A stretch of DNA of 41,464 bases, taken from contig JAEEHY010000290.1 in the NCBI GenBank assembly GCA_016281085.1, forward strand, positions 1-41,464. The letters are read 5' to 3'. The notes beneath the pieces were generated by a model. It saw only the letters and a list, made by a program, of their open reading frames with translations, searched no databases and was not told the DNA's origin. Of this stretch, positions 1 through 10,103 are shown one piece after another. Origin of the DNA: Lachnospiraceae bacterium (lineage in GTDB: Bacteria > Bacillota > Clostridia > Lachnospirales > Lachnospiraceae). A program made the translations under genes and the position numbers. Position 1 is the first letter of the stretch. The number at the start of each line of letters is the position of its first letter.

Positions 1-31
1 CCAAACTCAAAACTGATTACGAGGATGACAA

Positions 32-1519
32 ATGACCAACGTACCCAACCTGAAGATCAGTCTCGTCGGCGTTTCCCGTGACTGTTTCCCCGCAGCTCTT
101 ACCATCAGAAGAAGAAAGGCTCTCGTGGATGCATATGCCAAGAAGTATGATGCAGCCGATATTTACGAGTGCCCCGTAACCATCATTGAGAGTGAGATAC
201 ATATGCAGCAGGCTCTTGAGGATGTCAAGAAGGCAGGATGTAATGCGCTTTGCATTTATCTTGGAAACTTCGGTCCCGAGATATCCGAGACAATGCTCGC
301 TCAGCAGTATGACGGCCCGGTTATGTTCTGTGCGGCTGCAGAAGAAGATTATGAGTCGGTTACAACATCGGGACGTGGCGATGCTTACTGCGGAATGCTC
401 AATGCAAGTTACAATCTCGCACTTCGTAATGTTAAGGCTTATATCCCCGAGTATCCCGTAGGTGATGCAGAGGATTGTGCAGATATGATACATGATTTCG
501 TTCCTGTTGCACGTGCCGTATATGCACTGCAGAACCTTAAGATCATATCATTCGGTCCCAGACCTCTTAACTTCCTTGCTTGTAACGCTCCTATCAAGCA
601 GCTTTACAATCTCGGCGTTGAGATCGAGGAGAACTCAGAGCTTGATCTGTTCGAGTCGTTCAACAAGCATGCAGGCGACGCAAGGATAGCTGATGTTGTT
701 AAGGATATGGAAGCTGAGCTCGGAGAGGGCAATAAGAAGCCCGAGATTCTTGAGAAGCTTGCTCAGTATGAACTTACTCTTACAGACTGGATCGACGGTC
801 ATAAGGGTTCAAAGGAATTCGTTGCCATCGCAGGTAAGTGCTGGCCCGCATTCCAGACACAGTTCGGATTTGTTCCCTGCTATGTTAACTCACGTCTTAC
901 CGGACGCGGCATCCCCGTATCCTGTGAGGTTGATATCTACGGCTGCTTAAGTGAGTACATCGGAACCTGCGTAAGTGACGATATCGTTACTCTTCTTGAC
1001 ATCAACAACTCAGTACCGAAGTGCATGTACGAGGACAGCATCAAGGGTAAGTTCGATTACAAGCAGACCGATACATTCATGGGCTTCCATTGCGGAAATA
1101 CCTGCTCGAAGAAGCTTACAAAGGGCGAGATGAAGTATCAGGCCATCATGGCTCGTTCACTTCCCGTAGAGGTTACGAACGGAACGCTCGAAGGCGATAT
1201 CGTTCCCGGACCTATCACCTTCTACCGCCTGCAGTCAACGGCAGACAACATCCTTCGCGCTTACGTTGCAGAGGGTGAGGTTCTTCCTGTGGCTACAAGA
1301 TCCTTCGGTGGTATCGGCGTATTCGCTATACCTGAGATGGGACGTTTCTATCGTCACGTACTTATCGAGAAGAATTATCCTCATCACGGAGCAGTTGCTT
1401 TCGGACATTTCGGAAAGGCACTGTTCGAGGTATTCAAGTACATCGGCGTTAAGGTAGATGAGATCGGTTACAATCAGCCGGCTTCGGTTCCTTATCCTAC
1501 AGAGAATCCTTTCAAGTAA
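32..1519 (+). CDS. L-fucose/L-arabinose isomerase family sugar isomerase (COG2407-like); substrate not assignable
   Basis: 495-aa ORF with GAGGA 6 nt upstream of the ATG. Overall length and the C-terminal FYRL...YPHHGAVAFGH region fit my recollection of FucI-like isomerases. The family call is from memory, not a search. Confidence 0.65.
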   Translation: MTNVPNLKISLVGVSRDCFPAALTIRRRKALVDAYAKKYDAADIYECPVTIIESEIHMQQALEDVKKAGCNALCIYLGNFGPEISETMLAQQYDGPVMFCAAAEEDYESVTTSGRGDAYCGMLNASYNLALRNVKAYIPEYPVGDAEDCADMIHDFVPVARAVYALQNLKIISFGPRPLNFLACNAPIKQLYNLGVEIEENSELDLFESFNKHAGDARIADVVKDMEAELGEGNKKPEILEKLAQYELTLTDWIDGHKGSKEFVAIAGKCWPAFQTQFGFVPCYVNSRLTGRGIPVSCEVDIYGCLSEYIGTCVSDDIVTLLDINNSVPKCMYEDSIKGKFDYKQTDTFMGFHCGNTCSKKLTKGEMKYQAIMARSLPVEVTNGTLEGDIVPGPITFYRLQSTADNILRAYVAEGEVLPVATRSFGGIGVFAIPEMGRFYRHVLIEKNYPHHGAVAFGHFGKALFEVFKYIGVKVDEIGYNQPASVPYPTENPFK

Positions 1520-1554
1520 GATATATGATCGTATAGATATATACGACAGTTGAC

Positions 1555-1588
1555 GGAAAAGGGTGTCGCTTATGCGGCACCCTTTTCC
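1555..1588 (+). terminator. Stem-loop after the isomerase gene (15-bp stem with one G-U, 4-nt loop)
   Basis: ggaaaagggtgtcgc-ttat-gcggcacccttttcc, 36 nt after the stop codon. The U-tract is weak (ttttcc lies inside the stem end). Confidence 0.45.
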
Positions 1589-1737
1589 CGCCTGTACTGT
1601 TGAAGTGTATCTGATTGAAATAAAAAACTGTTTGCGTTACACTTATAGAGGACATAATTTCTGCCAAAAGCAGGGGTGTGTCATGCGGAACGATTGGAGA
1701 ACAGTGGGACAGGCAGTGTGAAGAGAATATGAAAACA

Positions 1738-2691
1738 ATGAAAATAACAGCGCTTGAGTGTAAAAATGTAGGCTCGGATATAGATCTGTCAGGGTTTGTT
1801 TCTCTGGGGGAATTTACATCATACGAAACAACAAATGTCAGGGAGCTTGAAGATAGGGCAAAGGATGCGGATATCCTTATCATAAACAAGCTTCCCATAA
1901 ACGAAGCAACAGCAGGCAGTCTTGACAGGCTTAAGCTGCTCTGTGTTACGGCGACGGGATATGACAACGTTGATGTGGAATATCTTCGAAGCAGGGGCAT
2001 AAAGGTGTGTAATGCCACCGGTTATTCAACAGACTGTGTTGTTCAGCATACATTTGCGTCTCTGTTCTATTTATACGAGAAGCTGCGTTCATATGATGAT
2101 TACGTGAGAAGCGGGGAGTATTGTAATTCTCCGATATTTACGTATTTTGGTGAGAGATTTAACGAGCTGTCCGGCAAGACCTGGGGAATTACGGGGCTGG
2201 GAAACATAGGCAGGAAGGTGGCGGCTGTTGCAACGGCGTTCGGCTGCCGTGTGGTGTATTATTCAACATCCGGCAATAACAGCTGCAAAGAATATGAGCG
2301 GCTTGAATGGGATGATTTTCTTAAACAGTCGGATATCATTTCCATACACGCACCCTTAAATGACAGGACAAGGAAGCTGTTTTCACATGATGCTTTTGAC
2401 AGGATGAAGGATACGGCATATCTTGTAAATATGGGAAGAGGACCGATAGTTGATGAGATTGCGCTGGTGGATGCAATAAAAAAAGGGAAAATAGCGGGAG
2501 CGGCACTCGATGTGATCGACGGCGAACCGATGAGTAAGGACAGTCCTCTGCGTGAACTGTCAGACTGCGACAGGCTTCTGGTAACACCTCATATCGCATG
2601 GGCTTCCGTGGAGGCAAGGACCCGTCTTATGCATGAGGTGTATCTTAATATAGAAGCGTATCTTAAGGGAGAAGAACGGAACATAGTCTGA
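1738..2691 (+). CDS. D-isomer-specific 2-hydroxyacid dehydrogenase (glycerate dehydrogenase / hydroxypyruvate reductase-like)
   Basis: NAD-binding GITGLGNIGRKVA motif and a C-terminal TPHIAWAS catalytic-His region. The ORF opens at 1678, but the MKITALE start at 1738 (alternative ATG at 1729) fits family N-termini better. Confidence 0.8.
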   Translation: MKITALECKNVGSDIDLSGFVSLGEFTSYETTNVRELEDRAKDADILIINKLPINEATAGSLDRLKLLCVTATGYDNVDVEYLRSRGIKVCNATGYSTDCVVQHTFASLFYLYEKLRSYDDYVRSGEYCNSPIFTYFGERFNELSGKTWGITGLGNIGRKVAAVATAFGCRVVYYSTSGNNSCKEYERLEWDDFLKQSDIISIHAPLNDRTRKLFSHDAFDRMKDTAYLVNMGRGPIVDEIALVDAIKKGKIAGAALDVIDGEPMSKDSPLRELSDCDRLLVTPHIAWASVEARTRLMHEVYLNIEAYLKGEERNIV

Positions 2692-2739
2692 TCTGCATTT
2701 ATTGATTTATGCTTCTGATTGTGATAGAATTCATGGAGC

Positions 2740-2778
2740 GAGACAAAGGGGTTTTGAAGGTCCCTTTGTCTCTTTGTG
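2740..2778 (+). terminator. Rho-independent terminator after the dehydrogenase gene
   Basis: gagacaaaggg / ccctttgtctc gives a perfect 11-bp stem, followed by tttgtg. Confidence 0.6.
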
Positions 2779-2821
2779 AACGTCAAATAACATTGCGAAT
2801 ATTAAAAGATCGGAGAGAATC

Positions 2822-4105
2822 ATGAAAGCCTACAGGGATATGACAAAGGATGAGCTGCGTGCTCTCAAGGCGGAACTGGAAAAGGAATACAGGGAAGAGG
2901 AGGCAAAGGGTCTCAAGCTGAATATGGCGCGAGGCAAGCCGGGCCTTTCACAGCTCGAGATAGCCATGCCCATGCTCGATGTTATGAACAGTAACTCGGA
3001 TATGCATACAATACTGGGCACAGATACCCGTAATTACGGAGACCTGGACGGTATCGGTGAATGCAGGCGTCTGATGGCTGATATGATGGAGGTTGAGAAG
3101 GACAACGTGATCGTCGGAGGTAATTCGAGCCTTAATCTTATGTACGACATGGTTGCCCGTTCATACTGCTTCGGAGTAAGGGGAGGGACACCCTGGTGCA
3201 AGCTCGACAGGATCAAGTTCCTGTGTCCGGTTCCGGGATATGACAGGCACTTTAAGATAACCGAGCAGTTTGGCATAGAGATGATAAATATTCCTTTATC
3301 CGAGACAGGTCCCGATATGGATATGGTTGAGGAATATGTGAACAACGATCCTGCAGTAAAGGGAATATGGTGTGTTCCCAAATATTCCAATCCCACAGGT
3401 ATTTCTTATTCGGATGAAACGGTGAAGAGGTTTGCGGGGCTTAAACCCGCAGCAGAGGATTTCAGGATTTACTGGGACAATGCATACTGTATTCATCATC
3501 TTTATGATGATGATCAGGATGAGATACTCAACATCCTTGAAGAGTGTAAGAAGGCCGGAAATCCCGATATGGTATTTATCTTTGCTTCTACATCCAAGAT
3601 AAGTTTCCCCGGATCGGGCGTTTCGGCGGTAGCTTCATCTATAGATAATGTCGAGTGGATACTCAAGCTTATGGGCGTACAGACGATAGGACATGATAAG
3701 ATAAATCAGTTGAGACATGCGAGGTTCTTCAAGGATATCGACGGACTCAGAGCTCATATGAAGAAACACGGTGAGCTGCTTCGTCCCAAATTTGCCGCAG
3801 TTACGGATACACTTGAGAAGGAACTGACGGGACTGGGTATCGGAAGCTGGGTTAATCCAAAGGGAGGATATTTCATTTCATTTGAAGCTCTTGACGGCTG
3901 TGCCAAGAACATAGTAGCCAAGTGTAAAGCTTTGGGTGTTACACTGACAGGTGCGGGTGCCACCTATCCGTATGGTAAGGATCCCAAAGATTCCAATATC
4001 CGTATAGCACCGACATTCCCGTCAACAGAAGAAATGAAGGATGCCGCAAGAGTGTTCGTATTATGCGTGAAGCTGGCGAGTGTGGAGAAGTTACTGGAAG
4101 AATAA
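2822..4105 (+). CDS. PLP-dependent aminotransferase (class I/II fold)
   Basis: 427-aa ORF with a GGAGAG RBS. The STSKISFPGSG segment fits the SxSK PLP-lysine motif, and the length and N-terminal helical extension are typical of clostridial aspartate-type aminotransferases. Confidence 0.75.
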   Translation: MKAYRDMTKDELRALKAELEKEYREEEAKGLKLNMARGKPGLSQLEIAMPMLDVMNSNSDMHTILGTDTRNYGDLDGIGECRRLMADMMEVEKDNVIVGGNSSLNLMYDMVARSYCFGVRGGTPWCKLDRIKFLCPVPGYDRHFKITEQFGIEMINIPLSETGPDMDMVEEYVNNDPAVKGIWCVPKYSNPTGISYSDETVKRFAGLKPAAEDFRIYWDNAYCIHHLYDDDQDEILNILEECKKAGNPDMVFIFASTSKISFPGSGVSAVASSIDNVEWILKLMGVQTIGHDKINQLRHARFFKDIDGLRAHMKKHGELLRPKFAAVTDTLEKELTGLGIGSWVNPKGGYFISFEALDGCAKNIVAKCKALGVTLTGAGATYPYGKDPKDSNIRIAPTFPSTEEMKDAARVFVLCVKLASVEKLLEE

Positions 4106-4193
4106 TCCGGCAGGACGATCAAAGATATTTTCTTTGTGATTTGACTGGTGAATGCTAAGATAATTCAATATAGAAAGTATGAGGTGACAAGAA

Positions 4194-5249
4194 ATGACAA
4201 AGATTGATATTGTATCTGGTTTCCTGGGGGCAGGAAAGACAACCCTTATCAAGAAGCTTCTTAAGGAGGCGCTCTCGGGTGAGCAGGTGGTACTTATCGA
4301 GAATGAGTTCGGAGAGATAGGAATTGACGGAGGTTTCCTTAAGGAGGCAGGTATTGAGATCACGGAGATGAATTCAGGCTGTATCTGCTGTTCGCTTGTA
4401 GGCGACTTCGGCACGGCACTTAAGGAGGTTCTCGATAAATACAGTCCGGACAGGATACTTATAGAGCCTTCGGGTGTTGGTAAGCTTTCGGATGTCATGC
4501 GTGCGGTTGAAGGCTCGACAGGTGTTGAGGGTGTTCATCTTAACAGTGCGGTGGCTGTGGTTGATGCCAAGAAATGTAAGCCGTATCTGCGTAACTTCGG
4601 TGAATTCTTTGAGAATCAGATCGAGCATGCGGGAACCATTATCTTAAGTCGTACGGGTGATATGACGGATGAGAAGGTAAATGCCTGTGTTGCTCTTATA
4701 AGGGAGCACAATCCCAAGGCAACGATAATCACAACACCCTGGGATAAGCTTGAAGGAAGTAAGATATTGGAGACAATAGAGGATGCCAAGGATCTTGAGG
4801 CTGAGCTCATGAAGGAAGTAATGGAGATGCATGATGAACACGAGCATCATCATCATGACCATGACCACCATCATGATCACGAACAGCATCACGATCACGA
4901 TCACGGCGAGGAATGTACCTGCGGCTGTCACGACCATGACCATGATCATGATCATCACCATCATCACCATGATGCGGATGAGGTGTTTACATCGATCGGT
5001 ATTGAGACATCAACCAAATATACGGCAGATAAGGTTAAGGAATGTCTGGAAGAACTTGACGATACATCCAGATACGGAACCATACTCCGCTGTAAGGGAA
5101 TGCTTCCCACAGAGGGAGACAGGTTCATCCATTTTGACTATGTGCCCGGTGAGTGTGAGGTAAGAGACGGAGCGGCAGAGGTAACAGGTAAGATATGTGT
5201 GATCGGATCTGAGCTTAAGGAAGAAGCCATACGTGATCTGTTTAAATAA
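4194..5249 (+). CDS. COG0523 / CobW-family G3E GTPase metallochaperone with an internal His-rich tract
   Basis: Walker A GFLGAGKTT, the canonical GCICC (GCxCC) metal motif, a CobW_C-like C-terminus (ILRCKGML...), and a GAGGTG RBS. Confidence 0.85.
   Translation: MTKIDIVSGFLGAGKTTLIKKLLKEALSGEQVVLIENEFGEIGIDGGFLKEAGIEITEMNSGCICCSLVGDFGTALKEVLDKYSPDRILIEPSGVGKLSDVMRAVEGSTGVEGVHLNSAVAVVDAKKCKPYLRNFGEFFENQIEHAGTIILSRTGDMTDEKVNACVALIREHNPKATIITTPWDKLEGSKILETIEDAKDLEAELMKEVMEMHDEHEHHHHDHDHHHDHEQHHDHDHGEECTCGCHDHDHDHDHHHHHHDADEVFTSIGIETSTKYTADKVKECLEELDDTSRYGTILRCKGMLPTEGDRFIHFDYVPGECEVRDGAAEVTGKICVIGSELKEEAIRDLFK
4830..4973 (+). other. His/Asp-rich low-complexity coding tract with an embedded CTCGC, inside the COG0523 gene
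   Basis: Translates to HDEHEHHHHDHDHHHDHEQHHDHDHGEECTCGCHDHDHDHDHHHHHHD. The cat/cac/gat repeats also create spurious ORFs in other frames. Confidence 0.9.
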
Positions 5250-5338
5250 GCATCACGACCGTGGACGGATATACGTATTACGGAGTAATATGGTAATTCC
5301 ATGTAAAGACAGAAATATCAGTATTCAGGGAGGCAGAC

Positions 5339-6271
5339 ATGACCTCAGTATTTATAATCAATGGCTTTCTCGACAGCGGAAAGACGGATTTTATCAACTA
5401 CACAATAGCTCAGCCCTATTTTCAGGACAGGAAGGCTACTCTCCTTATTGTATGTGAAGAGGGAGAGAATGAGTACGCTCCGGCTGTTCTTGAGAAAACA
5501 CGTACAATAATGGAAGTGATCGAGGATGAGGATGATTTCAATGCGAAGAATCTGATGGAGCTTGAGAAGAAGTACAAGCCCGGACGTATAGTCATCGAGT
5601 TCAACGGCATGTGGATGCTCAAGAACCACAAGCTTCCGTGGAATTGGAAGATTGAGCAGCAGATAACAATGATAAACGGAGCTACCTTTGAGAGTTATTT
5701 CAGCAACATGAAGTCACTGCTTGCGGAACAGATAAGAGGATCCGAGCTGATCATCATGAACCGCTGTGACGGACTGGATGAGAAGATAGCATCCTATAAG
5801 CGGAATATCAAGGCACTCAATCAGGGAGCCGACATCATATTCGAGAACAAGGACGGTGAGATGAACGTAACACTGGAAGAGGATCTTCCGTATGATCTTA
5901 CCAAGGATCCCGTGGTCCTGGATGATACAGGCTACGGAGTGTGGTATATAGACGCCCTTGATAACATGGACAGATATAAGGGACGCACCATCGAATACAC
6001 AGGTATGGTGCTCCATCCGCCACAGTTCCCTAAGGGTTACTTCGTTCCCGGAAGGATGGCAATGACATGCTGTGCCGAAGATATAGCTTTCCTTGGATAC
6101 GCATGTAAATATGATAAAGAGGACGAACTTACAAACAGGCAGTATATCAAGGTGAAGGCCAAGGTAAATATTGAGTATTTCGATGACTATGGCAAGGAAG
6201 GCCCGGTGCTGGAAGCAATAAGTATCGAACCGACAGGAAAACCAAAGAATGAGGTCATCTCATTCGTGTGA
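5339..6271 (+). CDS. Divergent CobW-like P-loop protein lacking the GCxCC motif, with a C-terminal domain carrying an MTCCAED motif
   Basis: N-terminal INGFLDSGKT Walker A and a GGGAGG RBS. No CxCC motif where COG0523 proteins have one. The C-terminal ...GRMAMTCCAEDIAFLGY... is reminiscent of the CCxxD domain of DUF1980/TIGR03943 proteins (from memory). Confidence 0.6.
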   Translation: MTSVFIINGFLDSGKTDFINYTIAQPYFQDRKATLLIVCEEGENEYAPAVLEKTRTIMEVIEDEDDFNAKNLMELEKKYKPGRIVIEFNGMWMLKNHKLPWNWKIEQQITMINGATFESYFSNMKSLLAEQIRGSELIIMNRCDGLDEKIASYKRNIKALNQGADIIFENKDGEMNVTLEEDLPYDLTKDPVVLDDTGYGVWYIDALDNMDRYKGRTIEYTGMVLHPPQFPKGYFVPGRMAMTCCAEDIAFLGYACKYDKEDELTNRQYIKVKAKVNIEYFDDYGKEGPVLEAISIEPTGKPKNEVISFV

Positions 6272-6412
6272 TGAACCATTAACCCTGTTCCGGGTTAATG
6301 ACGGAGAGATATATGAGTATTGTATCTGCCGATCATTATCAGTGCTCCGCTTTTGTATACATCCCAGTGAGAAGGCTGCCGGATTATTATAAATAAAACA
6401 AAGGAGAATAGG

Positions 6413-6784
6413 TTGATTATGAAGATTTCAGATTGTTATCCGGTTTTTTACACAAATGATATTGAGGCTCAGATTAAGTGTATCAGTGAGGATTTCGGCT
6501 TCGAAGTAAAGCATAGGCCACAGATTAAGTTTCTGGACTATGCGGTTATGGAAAATGAGAAAAAAAGACGTATTGATATCGTGTGTTCACATTTTCCGGC
6601 TGACCATTTCAATGAGGGATACTTTGGCATGCGGGTAAATGTAGATGATTTCGATGAAGGTCTTTCCTATTTTGAAGAAAAGGGATATTCCTTATTTGGC
6701 GAACCTCATGAAGTGGAAACTTCAATAACCGGTTTGTTGACCAGGGAAGGCGGAGCATATATAATACTTTTCCATCATAAGTAA
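6413..6784 (+). CDS. Small VOC/glyoxalase-fold family protein (tentative)
   Basis: 123-aa ORF with an AAGGAG RBS 6 nt upstream of the TTG at 6413 (alternative ATG at 6419). Size and the alternating beta/alpha pattern suggest a glyoxalase/bleomycin-resistance fold. This is a weak call. Confidence 0.45.
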   Translation: MIMKISDCYPVFYTNDIEAQIKCISEDFGFEVKHRPQIKFLDYAVMENEKKRRIDIVCSHFPADHFNEGYFGMRVNVDDFDEGLSYFEEKGYSLFGEPHEVETSITGLLTREGGAYIILFHHK

Positions 6785-6798
6785 CAGAAAGATAAGTC

Positions 6799-6832
6799 GG
6801 GGGACGTAATGATATACGTCCCCTGAATTTTT
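6799..6832. terminator. Hairpin between convergent genes (possibly a bidirectional terminator)
   Basis: ggggacgta-atgata-tacgtcccc stem followed by gaattttt. It sits between the VOC gene (+) and the ECF S-component gene (-). Confidence 0.6.
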
Positions 6833-7334
6833 ACCGGTTTATGAAGTTTTTGATAAGCGGATAAAGTATAAAAGCTATGATAACACCCGAAGCGGCCTGT
6901 ATGATATTTGCGGGTATGCTTGCGGCTGCTGCGGGACCATATATGATCATTTCATAAACAAAGTATCCTAAAGGAACTATGAAAAGTATTGTCAGGCTGC
7001 CAAGGAAGCTCCTTGCGCGGTCTGATTTTATCCTGCCTGCAAGAGAGCGGTACAGAAATCCGACTGCAAAAGCAGCCAGCCCCTTAATGAGCAGGGTTAC
7101 CGGAGCGTAGAATACGTATCCTCCGACAATGTCTGAGAGTGCCGAACCTATTCCGGCAGCTGCCGCTCCGTATAAAGGACCGAGCACTATGCCCGACAAT
7201 AAAACGAAGGCATCACCGAAATGTATGTATCCGCCCGTGCCGGGTGTAGGTATTTTTATTACATAAGTTGCAATGCAGGTGAGTGCGGCAAACATTGCTG
7301 CGCGTACAAGATTAAGCGTTTTTGTCTGTGTCAT
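6831..7334 (-). CDS. ECF transporter S component (substrate-capture subunit), solitary; substrate unknown
   Basis: Polytopic membrane protein with the GGYIHFGDAFVLLSG signature typical of ECF S components. AGGGAG RBS sits before the ATG at 7334, and the longer ORF reaching 7406 lacks an RBS. No ecfA/ecfT genes are adjacent. Confidence 0.75.
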   Translation of the reverse strand: MTQTKTLNLVRAAMFAALTCIATYVIKIPTPGTGGYIHFGDAFVLLSGIVLGPLYGAAAAGIGSALSDIVGGYVFYAPVTLLIKGLAAFAVGFLYRSLAGRIKSDRARSFLGSLTILFIVPLGYFVYEMIIYGPAAAASIPANIIQAASGVIIAFILYPLIKNFINR

Positions 7335-7377
7335 GCTGTCTCCCTCTTTCGTGAACAGATTTATTCTTTTTTTATAT

Positions 7378-7406
7378 GTTATACGCCCGAAAGAGGTCAA
7401 TGTCAA
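7378..7406 (-). promoter_or_regulatory. Sigma-A type promoter for the ECF S-component gene
   Basis: On the minus strand: TTGACA, 17 nt, TATAAC. This leaves only about a 35-nt leader, so there is no room for a riboswitch. Confidence 0.5.
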
Positions 7407-7547
7407 CGCTATGCGTTATACCGATAAGTTATTGTCGGATATAGGAACTCTTGCAAATAAGGTAAAGTTATGCTATGCTGAACAATGCGAAACGGTTATC
7501 CGGAACAGGTATGTTTCGGAGTTAACTGATAAAGAAACTAGCCATAA

Positions 7548-8870
<1,323 letters not shown>

Positions 8871-8899
8871 TCATCATAAATAAACGTACAACGGAAATG

Positions 8900-8932
8900 A
8901 AAGGATCTGCCTTAACAGGCAGGTCCTTTTAT
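8900..8932 (+). terminator. Rho-independent terminator after eno
   Basis: aaaggatctgcc-ttaaca-ggcaggtccttt stem (one G-U pair) followed by a ttt(t)a tract. It ends only about 10 nt before the cobT ATG. Confidence 0.7.
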
Positions 8933-8942
8933 AGATATAAAT

Positions 8943-10019
8943 ATGGATATTTCAGAAATTAAAATACCGGAAATAAACAAAGACCTGTACAACAGGATCA
9001 GAGAAGGATGGGACAGCGTAGCCAAGCCGCTTGACAGCCTTGGAGAGTTGGAAGCCATAATTGCAAAAATAGGCTCAATAAACGGAACGGTTACACCGGA
9101 TATTTCCAAAAGGGCCCTGATCATCATGTGTGCCGACAACGGCATAGTTAATGAAGGAATAAGCCAGTCGGGCCAGGATGTTACACGCAGTGTTGCAGGA
9201 TGGATGGGTAAGAGGAAAAGCTCTGTCTGTGTTATGGCAGAGAATTCGGGTGTGGATATAATTCCGGTAGATATTGGCATAAACATGGAAGGCACCCCTG
9301 ATGGAGTGCTTGACAGGAAGATACGAAAAGGTACAGGAAATTTCATAAAAGAGCCTGCGATGACCATGGAAGAGCTTGACAGGGCGATCCATACCGGTAT
9401 GGAGCTTGTCAGGGAATGCAGGGAACGGGGATATAAGATACTGGCGACCGGTGAGATGGGAATAGGGAATACGACGACATCTGCGGCAGTATGCGCGGCT
9501 GTTCTCAAATTGTGTGCAGAGGATGTTACCGGACGCGGAGCCGGACTGTGTGATGAAGGTCTTGTACGTAAGGTGGCTGTCATAAAGAACGGAATAGATA
9601 AATACGGTCTGAATGATATCAATCTCAATGTGGAAGGTGAAGCCGGAATAAAGCGTATCATGAGTACGGTAGGCGGCCTTGATATAGCGGGTCTGACGGG
9701 TGTATTTGTGGGCGGTGCCGTATATGGTATTCCGGTTATCATAGACGGCTTTATAAGTGCCGTGGCGGCACTGTGTGCGCAGAGGATATTGCCGGGGGCT
9801 TCACAGTACATGATATGCTCCCATATCGGCAGAGAACCGGGTATGCGTATCGTGCTTGATGAGTTGGGACTTAAACCGGTCATATGTGCGGATCTTGCGC
9901 TTGGAGAGGGTACGGGCGCGATAATGATGTTCCCTCTTCTTGATATGGCATTAAGGCTTTATACGAACGGACTCAGATTCCGTGATACAGAGGTTGAGCA
10001 GTATAAACACTTAATATAA
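8943..10019 (+). CDS. cobT: Nicotinate-nucleotide--dimethylbenzimidazole phosphoribosyltransferase
   Basis: 358 aa with KPLDSLGELE near the N-terminus and the GEMGIGNTTTSAA motif. No recognisable RBS upstream. Confidence 0.9.
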   Translation: MDISEIKIPEINKDLYNRIREGWDSVAKPLDSLGELEAIIAKIGSINGTVTPDISKRALIIMCADNGIVNEGISQSGQDVTRSVAGWMGKRKSSVCVMAENSGVDIIPVDIGINMEGTPDGVLDRKIRKGTGNFIKEPAMTMEELDRAIHTGMELVRECRERGYKILATGEMGIGNTTTSAAVCAAVLKLCAEDVTGRGAGLCDEGLVRKVAVIKNGIDKYGLNDINLNVEGEAGIKRIMSTVGGLDIAGLTGVFVGGAVYGIPVIIDGFISAVAALCAQRILPGASQYMICSHIGREPGMRIVLDELGLKPVICADLALGEGTGAIMMFPLLDMALRLYTNGLRFRDTEVEQYKHLI

Positions 10020-10024
10020 AGCTA

Positions 10025-10054
10025 TTGATTAAAGCAACGTATATGTTTTATAAT
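10025..10054 (+). promoter_or_regulatory. Putative promoter for the orphan 355-aa gene
   Basis: TTGATT, 18 nt, TATAAT, about 50 nt upstream of the ATG at 10104. Confidence 0.4.
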
Positions 10055-10103
10055 TAAAAGCGGTATGATTAAGTGGCATTATTAAAATGCAAGGGGAAAG
10101 CTG

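Noticed and set aside
4644-5163. Met/Val/Ile-rich ORFs (4644-4970 minus strand, 4831-5163 plus strand) overlapping the His tract
   Set aside because: These are frame artefacts of the cat/cac/gat repeats that encode the His/Asp tract of the COG0523 protein.
5275-5291. Imperfect palindrome GTATTAC-GGA-GTAATAT between the two COG0523 genes, considered as a Zur box
   Set aside because: The half-site orientation and sequence do not match the Firmicute Zur consensus (TCGTAAT-N-ATTACGA), and only 6 of 7 positions pair.
8871-8942. Looked for a cobalamin riboswitch or promoter upstream of cobT
   Set aside because: The gap is only 72 nt and is mostly occupied by the eno terminator hairpin. It has no B12-box-like sequence.
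8912-9883. 323-aa ORF on the minus strand, antisense to cobT
   Set aside because: It lies entirely inside a confidently identified gene. Its translation is Ser/Pro/Ile-rich low complexity with no RBS. It is a typical shadow ORF.
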